From a virus (lineage: Duplodnaviria; Caudoviricetes), in the IMG/VR virus record IMGVR_UViG_3300030708_002923, positions 9,022 through 73,021 of that record: a stretch of 64,000 bases of DNA, one strand, 5' to 3'. Shown here piece by piece: positions 45,971 to 54,698 of the stretch (position 1 is its first letter; the number at the start of each line of letters is the position of its first letter). The notes under the pieces were generated by a model, which saw nothing but the letters and a program-made list of their open reading frames with translations, had not been told where the DNA came from and ran no database searches. The translations under genes and the position numbers were made by a program.

Positions 45971-47022
45971 TACCTCTTCCTATATTGCACCAAAAGATGT
46001 CGATCTAAAATGGTACATTCTATACCTTTATCCAAATCGGTGTGGTCTCCTTTTGCCACCAAAAATTCATCAATATCTTCAAGCTTCAACCCTTGCGCTT
46101 CATATTCTGGCAGTGGGGAAGGGTGAACATCAGATGAAATAGTTTGAAAAGAAAACAATTCTCCACGTAATCCAGACTTATCTCTTGCTCCGACACCACA
46201 TCGGCTGGTTTTGAGTTCAACAGCAGTATACGCACGAACCTCTGCATCAACTTTATTTTTACCAGCAGTCAAGGGCACGGCACCGCAAAGGTAAACGGTG
46301 TTTTTCCAGTTACCATTGAACATTGGCCCAGACTCCGCAACCAAATTTCCATTGACTACGATTCGAAATTGAACGCAATAAAAATCTACAGGGACATCTG
46401 AAAATTGCCCCAAGGGGAAATTCATTTCGATAAAGCCAGAGGCTGAAGCCCCGTCTGTGCCCCGTAAAGGTGTGTCGAACCTACCCCCGTGAGAGTTGGG
46501 ATTGTGCTGATGATCCCTATATTCGCCACTTACTCCCATCCATCCACCTGCGGGAAGTTTTAGATTAGCTAAACCTGTTCCGGCCTCTAAATGCTTATCG
46601 CCCACTGCATCTTCAGACAGCAAATAGGACATGTGTAAGTCTCTGGCCATTTCCACATCGGTAATCCCTGTGCCTCGCCAATGAAAACATGCATTAAAAT
46701 CTATGATTGCCCAACCGTCTGTTTCAGCATCGATTTCTACGCCAGCAAGTTGATGATTGTCAGCATCGCGTTTTACATATGCGCTTGTGGTGTGTGGGCA
46801 TTGAAAATGTTCAAACGCGCCAGAAAACGGTGGTTGAGAAAAGCTAAATACCTCATGAAAAGCACCCTCCTTGAAGCTTTCTTTGTGAGGAATATCTTTC
46901 AAATTATCTGAGTCTATATTTCCATTGCATTCATTAAATATTTGACCAATGCTTTCGAGTGTATCATCTGGATTGATCACTTCACCTGATCTAGCAACCT
47001 TATTCGGAAACTTAATGGCCAT
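45970..47022 (-). CDS. Tail-associated protein (paralogue 1 of 3)
   Basis: SGEVINP...NIDSDNL; C-terminus RHLLVQYRKR. Confidence 0.75.
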   Translation of the reverse strand: MAIKFPNKVARSGEVINPDDTLESIGQIFNECNGNIDSDNLKDIPHKESFKEGAFHEVFSFSQPPFSGAFEHFQCPHTTSAYVKRDADNHQLAGVEIDAETDGWAIIDFNACFHWRGTGITDVEMARDLHMSYLLSEDAVGDKHLEAGTGLANLKLPAGGWMGVSGEYRDHQHNPNSHGGRFDTPLRGTDGASASGFIEMNFPLGQFSDVPVDFYCVQFRIVVNGNLVAESGPMFNGNWKNTVYLCGAVPLTAGKNKVDAEVRAYTAVELKTSRCGVGARDKSGLRGELFSFQTISSDVHPSPLPEYEAQGLKLEDIDEFLVAKGDHTDLDKGIECTILDRHLLVQYRKR

Positions 47023-47024
47023 AA

Positions 47025-49259
47025 TTATCTTTTTTCCGATACCAAAACATCTGTTAATGGTCTAATGTTTCTTTGATCGCCCACCTTGGCATCTACACTG
47101 TAACCAACAATCATCATTCTTTGGGTTTCGTCTGTAACGTCCGAGTCTTGAGTAAATTGAATAGCAAGTTCAGTAGTCAATGATTCGTGCATATGACTTA
47201 CATCATATCGTATGACAATAGGTCGATGAAATCCCCAACGATCCGAACCAAACGTAGCTTTATCATACACTGGTAACGGCTCGGTAAGCTGTTGCTGTGT
47301 TCTGCCTTTGTTTTTTTCTAATGATACAACTTCGGATCTATTTATTTTGAAGTTTACGTCTGTCTCATTGTCCCCATACGCGACGGCGTACAAATTAATA
47401 TATGCAACTTGAATGCCTGAGTACACGCTGCCGAATGAAAGGGGGCTAGTTTCGTAAAATGGTAGATCAACTGTACGAGTAAAGTCGAAATCTTTACGAT
47501 CCGGCCCTTTAGGGCTTGAAGCCCCAAATCCATACTTACTTTTGAAAAAATTACTAAAGACATTGATACCAGGCTTTTCTGGATCATTGCTACCGAAGTA
47601 CAAGTACGATCGCGCATCCGTCGTTTCAACAGCACACTGCATTGGATAATTTTCTCGAAAACTCCACGCACCAACCTCATAATGCCAAACCAAAAGTAAA
47701 TTATTCACATTTCCATTGGTCGGAACACACAAGAAATACTCTTTGTTGGCTCTGTTAATGACGCCTACCGCTGCACGAGCACCCACATAGTCTATTCTTT
47801 TCGTAAGATTTTTAATGGGTGTGCTCAATTCTACAATCGAGGTAGCACTACCCGTGTTCTCAAGGGCACCCTTGAGCACATAAACACCATCTTGTGATAA
47901 GAATACGAGGCCGGTTCCTGGTACGTCTTGGATTGATCTGGGTGCTACACAGCCGATGTCACGGTTCAGCGTCTGAGCGTAAAATCCGTTTCTTGGATCA
48001 CCTTTAATTAGGTACACTCCGCGTGTTTTGAATACGACTAAAGCATTTGTCGAGGCGTACATGCCCGTGATTTGTCCAGAGTCAGAATCTCCAATATCAA
48101 ACAGGTTGTCTCTGGGGAAAACTTCCGGCATTCCCTCTGCGCTGTATTTGATCAAGTTGTTGGGCATTCCCGACACGAACACCGTGTTTTTAAATGAGGT
48201 GATAAACTTGGCCTGTGTCGGAAAAAATCCAAAGTCTTCTGGATCGGTCAATACGCCAAGATTCGAATCACTGATTCCATCCTCAATTGCTGTAGAGTCG
48301 TTGTCTTGTACTTCTTTTAAAAAATGGAAATTACGACCTGACTCTGGAGTGATTGGATTACCGTCATCATCGAAAATATCTCTCGTCCTGTAGAGTCGTC
48401 TCGCCACTACATTTTCACCCCCAATGGGGATATTGACTTGAGTAAACCTACGCTTACCGTTTGCACACTCAAAACTACAAATGTCGCTTGGATCAGACAT
48501 CGGGCTTTCTTGGCCCCGGCTGTTAACGAACGTGACCCTGTATTGATAAGCACAAAGCTTTCCGTCTACATATTTTGAACCGTCATCTGCTTTATCGCCT
48601 GAAGTTATTTTCTTTTTTACTTTCTGACCGGTCGGACGCAAACTACCCAACCCCTGACCTTTTTCACGGGTGCCTAAAAAATATTGTGTGTCATCGCCAA
48701 AATCTCCACCTTCATCAACAAATTGATTGTGGTAGGTCCTATAAACAACACTGGCATCAGGCTTTGCTGGCTTTTCGAAAAAGCCTGCCCTCGTCACGAC
48801 TCTGCCGTCATAAACGATTGGAGCATCAATACCATTTACCAAATACAAACGACCACCAAAAGTAATGCTCTGAGTGCTTACTTCAGATGTTGGTGGCACG
48901 TATCTTGGGTTTCCTTCGGGGCCTATCTCCACACCGTTTATGTCTTTTAAAACAACAATCGGACCAGCATCTGTATGAATCCTGTTGGTTTTAAGTGTTG
49001 CTAACCGCCCTTTGGAGTCTTCGAATATAACGTCTCTGGTTTTCCCATTGTGTCTGGAAAAATAGTGAATCGAGTGGATCGTGCCAGAACCAAACCAATC
49101 GTATCCATCGTAAGTGATGCAGTCATAGGCTCCAGCAGTTTTCCATCCATCGTAATTGTCCCAAGACATCTCTTTGATTACAGCCGCAGAGTCAGCCGAA
49201 ACTCTCCACCGATTGTCCATGCCTCGTAAGCGGGCAACTTCAAATGTTTGGGTTTTCAT
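47025..49259 (-). CDS. Tail nozzle / DNA-stabilisation protein (P22 gp10-like beta-propeller)
   Basis: ITFGGRLYLVNG, LVVFKTRGVYL, IGCVAPRSI, LVFLSQDGVY motifs; position after the adaptor. Confidence 0.8.
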   Translation of the reverse strand: MKTQTFEVARLRGMDNRWRVSADSAAVIKEMSWDNYDGWKTAGAYDCITYDGYDWFGSGTIHSIHYFSRHNGKTRDVIFEDSKGRLATLKTNRIHTDAGPIVVLKDINGVEIGPEGNPRYVPPTSEVSTQSITFGGRLYLVNGIDAPIVYDGRVVTRAGFFEKPAKPDASVVYRTYHNQFVDEGGDFGDDTQYFLGTREKGQGLGSLRPTGQKVKKKITSGDKADDGSKYVDGKLCAYQYRVTFVNSRGQESPMSDPSDICSFECANGKRRFTQVNIPIGGENVVARRLYRTRDIFDDDGNPITPESGRNFHFLKEVQDNDSTAIEDGISDSNLGVLTDPEDFGFFPTQAKFITSFKNTVFVSGMPNNLIKYSAEGMPEVFPRDNLFDIGDSDSGQITGMYASTNALVVFKTRGVYLIKGDPRNGFYAQTLNRDIGCVAPRSIQDVPGTGLVFLSQDGVYVLKGALENTGSATSIVELSTPIKNLTKRIDYVGARAAVGVINRANKEYFLCVPTNGNVNNLLLVWHYEVGAWSFRENYPMQCAVETTDARSYLYFGSNDPEKPGINVFSNFFKSKYGFGASSPKGPDRKDFDFTRTVDLPFYETSPLSFGSVYSGIQVAYINLYAVAYGDNETDVNFKINRSEVVSLEKNKGRTQQQLTEPLPVYDKATFGSDRWGFHRPIVIRYDVSHMHESLTTELAIQFTQDSDVTDETQRMMIVGYSVDAKVGDQRNIRPLTDVLVSEKR

Positions 49260-49262
49260 AGT

Positions 49263-50798
49263 TTACTCGGCCTTGCTTGGTATTCCGAAACGCTCCCGAT
49301 CCGCCATAGCGCGATCGAACCCTCTTCGTACATACATTCTATCGGTTCGACTCAAATATTTAGCCTTCATAGCTTCGAGCATTTCATCTGCACGACGTTC
49401 ATACAACGAACTATGGTTGAGCATACCATGCTGCATACAAATGTCTCTGAGAGCCGCATATACAAGGTAGTGATGATATTGCGGTGGCCACTCTGGTGCA
49501 TCAGAATCTTTTACGAGCCTATAGGGTCGCTTGTGATATCTCACCTCAACCACGTAATCGCTTTTCGGGGTGTTCCAAAAACGAAGATACTGACGTGGTC
49601 CTGATTCGTTTAATCTATCGAGGCGGAAGGTGTCTCCAGCCGGGTCAATGAAAGAGTCGCCAGGGTCTCCACTGTCTAAAGGATCTTCTGCTGTCGTATC
49701 ACCAATAATTTCTCTGCCCTTATCGACATATTCGGTCTCAAGTGAGGCAAGTGTTGCGACATGTCTCCAGGCTCCAGCACCCATAACGTAATCAGCAGCA
49801 GACGGGTGAGACAAGTATTCATCGCTAAAGACAATTCTACGGTACAACTTTTTCATTCTACCGTTATTGTCGGTGCTGCCCAAAGCATGCGACACTGTTC
49901 GCATAATTCGACGAAGACTGACTGTAAGGCCTGAAGTGCCATCACCCTCGATTCTTATATCAGTAGGTGAAAAATTTTTGGATGGTACGGGTCCAATTTG
50001 GCTCGGATCTAAATCAACAGCAACAACCTCAGACGGTGGCCCCTCCATTCCGGCATAGATGAATGTATAGCAATACTCGATTCGATATGGAGCAATAACC
50101 CTCGGAAGAAATCCTTCCTCTTTTATCACATTGAAAATTGTTGGAGGATAATCAGGCGACTGAATATTATCGTGCATTTCTTCAACAGAAACAAAAGGGT
50201 TCCCGGTATCGGATCGATCGAGATACAAGTTTTCTTCTTTTCTTGCATCCAAAAACATGAACCGGCCTTCATTTGGGGCGGTCATTGTTGTTGTGGTGGA
50301 GTCGCTTTGAAAACTCAAAGTTTCTTTTGTAGTGATGCCGCGATCCATGATGCCCAAAACCTCGATGCAATCACGGGGCATTGGGTATTTTACAAATTCA
50401 ATTTTCCAAGTAGTAAGTTCGCCCGATGGAAAAATATCGTCGACCAAAAATCTACGTGAATCAATAAACGCTGTGATTTGATATGTGGCACCATCGTCAG
50501 TATTTACGAGCGTCTTGCCCACTATATCTGGTGGCAAATTGATAACTCCAGCACCGGTAGTAGATGGCAATGTCACCAAGTGGGTACCATCACCCGTTAG
50601 CTTGCTGGTGCTGTCTCCGGTGATATCTGCGCGAAGCTGCAACAGTTTGCGATTTTGCATAAACAGCCACTGGTACTGGCTCGATATCTGAAGGTAGTGA
50701 CGGTTGACTACACGAGCAATATTGTCGCTGTATTGCTTCAAATCAGGGTTGTAGTCCAACGCGGAATTGATTTCTTCGCGGATTTCTTTGAGATTCAC
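49263..50798 (-). CDS. Head-tail adaptor (podovirus-type) with insertion
   Basis: N-terminal NLKEIREEI; C-terminal PEWPPQYHHYLVYAAL; start reassigned to GTG 50798 (GGAG RBS). Confidence 0.7.
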   Translation of the reverse strand: MNLKEIREEINSALDYNPDLKQYSDNIARVVNRHYLQISSQYQWLFMQNRKLLQLRADITGDSTSKLTGDGTHLVTLPSTTGAGVINLPPDIVGKTLVNTDDGATYQITAFIDSRRFLVDDIFPSGELTTWKIEFVKYPMPRDCIEVLGIMDRGITTKETLSFQSDSTTTTMTAPNEGRFMFLDARKEENLYLDRSDTGNPFVSVEEMHDNIQSPDYPPTIFNVIKEEGFLPRVIAPYRIEYCYTFIYAGMEGPPSEVVAVDLDPSQIGPVPSKNFSPTDIRIEGDGTSGLTVSLRRIMRTVSHALGSTDNNGRMKKLYRRIVFSDEYLSHPSAADYVMGAGAWRHVATLASLETEYVDKGREIIGDTTAEDPLDSGDPGDSFIDPAGDTFRLDRLNESGPRQYLRFWNTPKSDYVVEVRYHKRPYRLVKDSDAPEWPPQYHHYLVYAALRDICMQHGMLNHSSLYERRADEMLEAMKAKYLSRTDRMYVRRGFDRAMADRERFGIPSKAE

Positions 50799-50883
50799 GT
50801 CAGGCTCCAGTAAAAGAAAACGGCTGCTGAGATAGTATACCCCAGCAGCCGTGAATGGACCGAGGTCCGGTAGCGAATAAGTC

Positions 50884-51321
50884 TTAGTAAAGACCCTGAT
50901 CAATGATCATGACGGCGGCAACATTTGTGGTTGCTGAGTCATCAGACAAAGCGATTCCACACATCTGGAAAGTTGCAGCCACAGCAAGGTCTGCACGACC
51001 AGCAACGCTGATCGGTCCCGCAAGACCAAGTCCAACATCACAGTCGGCATGAACATTTGCTGTGTCAAACTTGCCAGCAGTTTGAACTCGCACAAGGGCT
51101 CCATCAGCAACGGTCTCAGTAGCGATTCCGAAAACACCACTGTTACCATTCGTGCCTACGGCAGCAGCCTTCTTACAGGCTGTTCCAAGAACACCCTTTG
51201 TTGTGCTGTTGCTTACTGCAACCCAATCGCCCGCAGTGATTGCTCCGTCAGCGAACAATTCTACGAACTTTTTAGGAAAATGATTGTCGCCATCGACGCC
51301 ATCACGCTTGAAAATTGCCAT
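50884..51321 (-). CDS. Capsid cement/decoration protein
   Basis: GAITAGDWVAV...FGIATETVADG..VRVQTAG; directly after the MCP. Confidence 0.75.
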   Translation of the reverse strand: MAIFKRDGVDGDNHFPKKFVELFADGAITAGDWVAVSNSTTKGVLGTACKKAAAVGTNGNSGVFGIATETVADGALVRVQTAGKFDTANVHADCDVGLGLAGPISVAGRADLAVAATFQMCGIALSDDSATTNVAAVMIIDQGLY

Positions 51322-51397
51322 GTTGTCCTCCCTCTTTTGACTATATGGCTATGAAATAGGATGGGGATCAACACGACCCCCACCCAATCAGGATGAC

Positions 51398-52456
51398 TTA
51401 GAAGGTTTCCAAGTCGAATGCTACACCGCTGGAACCAAGGTGCTTGGCGATCAGTTGACCACGGCACCGAAGCTTGGCAGCACGAACATCGTACTCACCC
51501 GACACAGTCTCGAAGTCCGAGAGGTCGAAGTAACCTTGTGGGTCCCACAGGGTGTAGATGTCGTTCATGTTCAGCAAGTAGAAGCTGATAGGATCAGCAG
51601 TAGAACCAGGGGTTCCGCCAGCGTTAGGCATGTTGTACTCAACGTTGATTGGAATACCTTGGAAGGTTTCAACCATGCGGCCACCATCAATCTGTGCTTG
51701 ATCAACGTACCGCTCGTGAGCCTGAAGAGCACGCTTCAGGTTCTTGAATCCAGCGCGAGAAGCAAGAATGACGTTGGGCTTGCCAGAAGGCGACACAGCA
51801 TCGATTTCAACCAACAGGTCATAAAGACCCGCGAGGCCGTTAGCGTTGAAAGATCCAGCGCCATCGAAGCGTTGGTTCTGCCAACCAGTCTTACCGCTGT
51901 AGGTAGACTTGCTTACGTTACCAACAGTGTTGCCTTGAGAGCCAACAGCTTCAGGCTCAAGGAAACCTTGGTGGTCACCAGTGGTCACGTCGAACCCGTT
52001 AAGCGTGTTCCAATCTTCCCAACCAGTTTGGCCACCCTTGACGATTTGCTTGACGTACTCACGCTTGAGAGCGTTAGCGGTCATGAGCACGCGGCTTTCA
52101 AGAATCGAAAGGATTGCAGCATCGCCTGAGTTGACCATTTCTTCTTCAGAAGAGATAGCGACTGGACGCACAACGTGACCAAAATCGTATTGTGCAGGTT
52201 GGAACACATCTTCGACACTAAGGTCAATGCGCTCAAAACCAGTTTGCATACGAGTAGTTGAAGAGTGCTCACCGAAGCCGAGAGGCACAACGATCCGAGA
52301 TCCACCGGCTTGCACTGGCTTTCCAGCACCGTGAACACGTTCTTGTGCGTCAAGGAAGGCTACGGATTCGTGAACGTTGTCACGAAAGTCCTTCATCAGG
52401 ATATGCATGGTTGTGGAAAGCAGTTCGTTTCCAATGGTAAGGTCGGTGGTTGCCAT
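51398..52456 (-). CDS. Major capsid protein (HK97 fold)
   Basis: 352 aa between scaffold and cement; GGSRIVVPL, FQGIPI, YLLN motifs. Confidence 0.87.
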   Translation of the reverse strand: MATTDLTIGNELLSTTMHILMKDFRDNVHESVAFLDAQERVHGAGKPVQAGGSRIVVPLGFGEHSSTTRMQTGFERIDLSVEDVFQPAQYDFGHVVRPVAISSEEEMVNSGDAAILSILESRVLMTANALKREYVKQIVKGGQTGWEDWNTLNGFDVTTGDHQGFLEPEAVGSQGNTVGNVSKSTYSGKTGWQNQRFDGAGSFNANGLAGLYDLLVEIDAVSPSGKPNVILASRAGFKNLKRALQAHERYVDQAQIDGGRMVETFQGIPINVEYNMPNAGGTPGSTADPISFYLLNMNDIYTLWDPQGYFDLSDFETVSGEYDVRAAKLRCRGQLIAKHLGSSGVAFDLETF

Positions 52457-52468
52457 TTTTGGCTCCTA

Positions 52469-53431
52469 TTAGCGGTTATTTTGAAAGGCTTTTGCAGCTT
52501 CGGGGTTTGACTGGAGCCAAGCAGCAATCGAAGCTGCACCTTGCTTCTTGACATCAGGGGGAATTTCAGCGACACCAGGAGAACCGCTCACAGAACTACG
52601 CTGTACTTGTCGCGCCGCTTGGGCACGGGCTCTCCGTTGTGTTTCTTTTCTCTTACGCTCTTCAGCAATCATATTGCGAGCAACGACAAGATCGTATGCA
52701 TCTTGAGTAGATAGAGGCGCATCAGTATTTTGACGACTTGCAACCAACTCAGCAACCTGAGTTTTGAAGGCATCATCTTTCATTTCAGGGTGTGCTTCGA
52801 GAAAGTCCAGGTAACGACTCTTCTGGCGCTGTTCTTCCGATACCTGCTGCATCGGAGAAAACACGTTTGAAACAGCCTCTGCAATTCCACGATTGATATG
52901 AGCCTGAATACCCTCTTCAGACATGATGTCCGGCAACTCACCTTCAGGTGTTTTCAACGCTTCTTTGATCCGTGGGTCATCAATAACAGATGCAAACTCA
53001 GCTTGTCGACGAGCAAAATCACGCTCCAAGCTTTGGATTTGTTGTTCACGCTTTTGATATTGCTCGACTCTCTTTTGGTGAGATGCATCTAAATTTGTTT
53101 TGTGATTTTTGTATGCAACTCTGAAATTGTGAAGCATACGTCGAGCAACGGTCGGAAGGTCTTTTATGTCTTGTTCATTGATGTTTTCGTAAAAAGCATC
53201 AGTGCTCAATTCTTTGTCATCTATATCGGAAAACAAAGGATCAAAAGAACGCTCTGTAACTACGGGCGCTGGCTCACTTGAAAATGTTGCATCTTGATTA
53301 GAATTGAAATTCTCAGGAGCACTTACATTTTGCTCTGAATCTATCTCATCAAGCAGACCTGTAGAACCAGCCGGGACATCATCATTTACCGGTAAATCAT
53401 TCTCATTATTTTCAATCATTTCGTCTGACAC
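52469..53431 (-). CDS. Capsid scaffolding protein
   Basis: Acidic N-terminus and coiled coil; directly before the MCP; GTG start with AAGGAG RBS. Confidence 0.8.
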   Translation of the reverse strand: MSDEMIENNENDLPVNDDVPAGSTGLLDEIDSEQNVSAPENFNSNQDATFSSEPAPVVTERSFDPLFSDIDDKELSTDAFYENINEQDIKDLPTVARRMLHNFRVAYKNHKTNLDASHQKRVEQYQKREQQIQSLERDFARRQAEFASVIDDPRIKEALKTPEGELPDIMSEEGIQAHINRGIAEAVSNVFSPMQQVSEEQRQKSRYLDFLEAHPEMKDDAFKTQVAELVASRQNTDAPLSTQDAYDLVVARNMIAEERKRKETQRRARAQAARQVQRSSVSGSPGVAEIPPDVKKQGAASIAAWLQSNPEAAKAFQNNR

Positions 53432-53495
53432 AAAAATCTCCTTTCGGTTTAAAATCTAACATTTTTTAAAATACTTTCGCAACAATGCAACTTTA

Positions 53496-54092
53496 TTACT
53501 GCATTGCTGCCGCAAGTGTTTCGTCTTGAGCGCCCATATCGTCGGGTGGAGGCGCCATATCGCCGCCTTCATCTGCTGCTGCCATTTCAGCTTCAGGTCC
53601 ACCCTCCTGAAGTTCTTTTACAGCTTCGATGAATTTTTTGTCTTTTGCCATCATTTTCAACAAAGCGGTAACCTTACGAAGATCGGTATCCGTCACAATA
53701 GTAAAAGGATCGAATCCAAGTTTCGACTCAAATTCTCCACCACCAACCATTTTGATCAATTCAGAAATAGCGACCAGTGGAAGGAACAAATCACCAGGAA
53801 TCGGTTGATCCATTTTGCCTTTTTCAGCGCCTTCAAAATCGATTTCAATCTTTGGCATATCTACCGCTGAAATCTTGGAAAGCGTTTGATTGAACGTATC
53901 CAAAAGAGTCTTGAGCGCCTTCACTGTAAACGGCTTTGTGGGTGCCGGTGCAGATTGAGCCAACTGCTGCAGTTGTGCCTCTGAATCGTCCATAGCTTCC
54001 TGTGGAGCGGCTTCAGCGGCAGGTGGAGCAGCCTCTGGTGGCATGGCTGCTTGATCTTCAGCCATTGGTTGACCTTTTTCGTATCCGTACAT
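53496..54092 (-). CDS. Acidic head-assembly hypothetical protein
   Basis: Acidic Pro/Ala-rich ends; between portal and scaffold. Confidence 0.7.
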   Translation of the reverse strand: MYGYEKGQPMAEDQAAMPPEAAPPAAEAAPQEAMDDSEAQLQQLAQSAPAPTKPFTVKALKTLLDTFNQTLSKISAVDMPKIEIDFEGAEKGKMDQPIPGDLFLPLVAISELIKMVGGGEFESKLGFDPFTIVTDTDLRKVTALLKMMAKDKKFIEAVKELQEGGPEAEMAAADEGGDMAPPPDDMGAQDETLAAAMQ

Positions 54093-54101
54093 GACAAACT
54101 C

Positions 54102-54698
54102 CTAAATGATGCCTTTGTCTCTTTCGATTCTAAATTGTTTAAATGCTGGATGGTTCTCTAACCGATCACAATAGTCATCGTACTCTTTTACTTCTTTTTC
54201 CATCCTTGTGTCCCATTTACTATATTCTTTTTCTACGTCCCAGTCACCATCTACAGGCGTCAACCCGCGCTGCTTACATATATCTCGACGATGTTGCTTA
54301 CTTGTCAACATTACACCAAGACCGCGATCATAGTATGGAAATTGTTCACTAAATCTATCTATTCTCGCCATTGGAACCCATTTTGAGTTTTTCGATTTAC
54401 ACTTTGGACACTCGCGCGAATCTTCAAAATGTTCTCCAGCGCTAAAGTCTGTCAAATCATCGAACTGATGATCACAGTCTTTACACATGTATAAATGCAT
54501 GACGAGGCCGGTCATCTTCCTAGATTTAGCAGGTGCCTGGTTGTGGGGGTCATTTGATTGAGCAACCGATACTCTAAAAACACGCTTAGAATCTTGCCCG
54601 CAAGCAGAGCAGCCTATGACGTCTGGACGATCGGAGAATCTACATGTGTGGTCTTGTTCATGGCCACACTCATCACACTTATAACTATAGACTGGCAC
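54102..54698 (-). CDS. Tandem FmdB-type zinc-ribbon protein
   Basis: PVYSYKCDECGH...CSACG and HLYMCKDCDH...CPKCKS; GTG start with GGAGG RBS. Confidence 0.75.
   Translation of the reverse strand: MPVYSYKCDECGHEQDHTCRFSDRPDVIGCSACGQDSKRVFRVSVAQSNDPHNQAPAKSRKMTGLVMHLYMCKDCDHQFDDLTDFSAGEHFEDSRECPKCKSKNSKWVPMARIDRFSEQFPYYDRGLGVMLTSKQHRRDICKQRGLTPVDGDWDVEKEYSKWDTRMEKEVKEYDDYCDRLENHPAFKQFRIERDKGII

Noticed and set aside
54102-54698. FmdB zinc-ribbon proteins as a novel regulatory system
   Set aside because: Small FmdB-type genes near the portal and in replication regions are common in phages; nothing here links them specifically.
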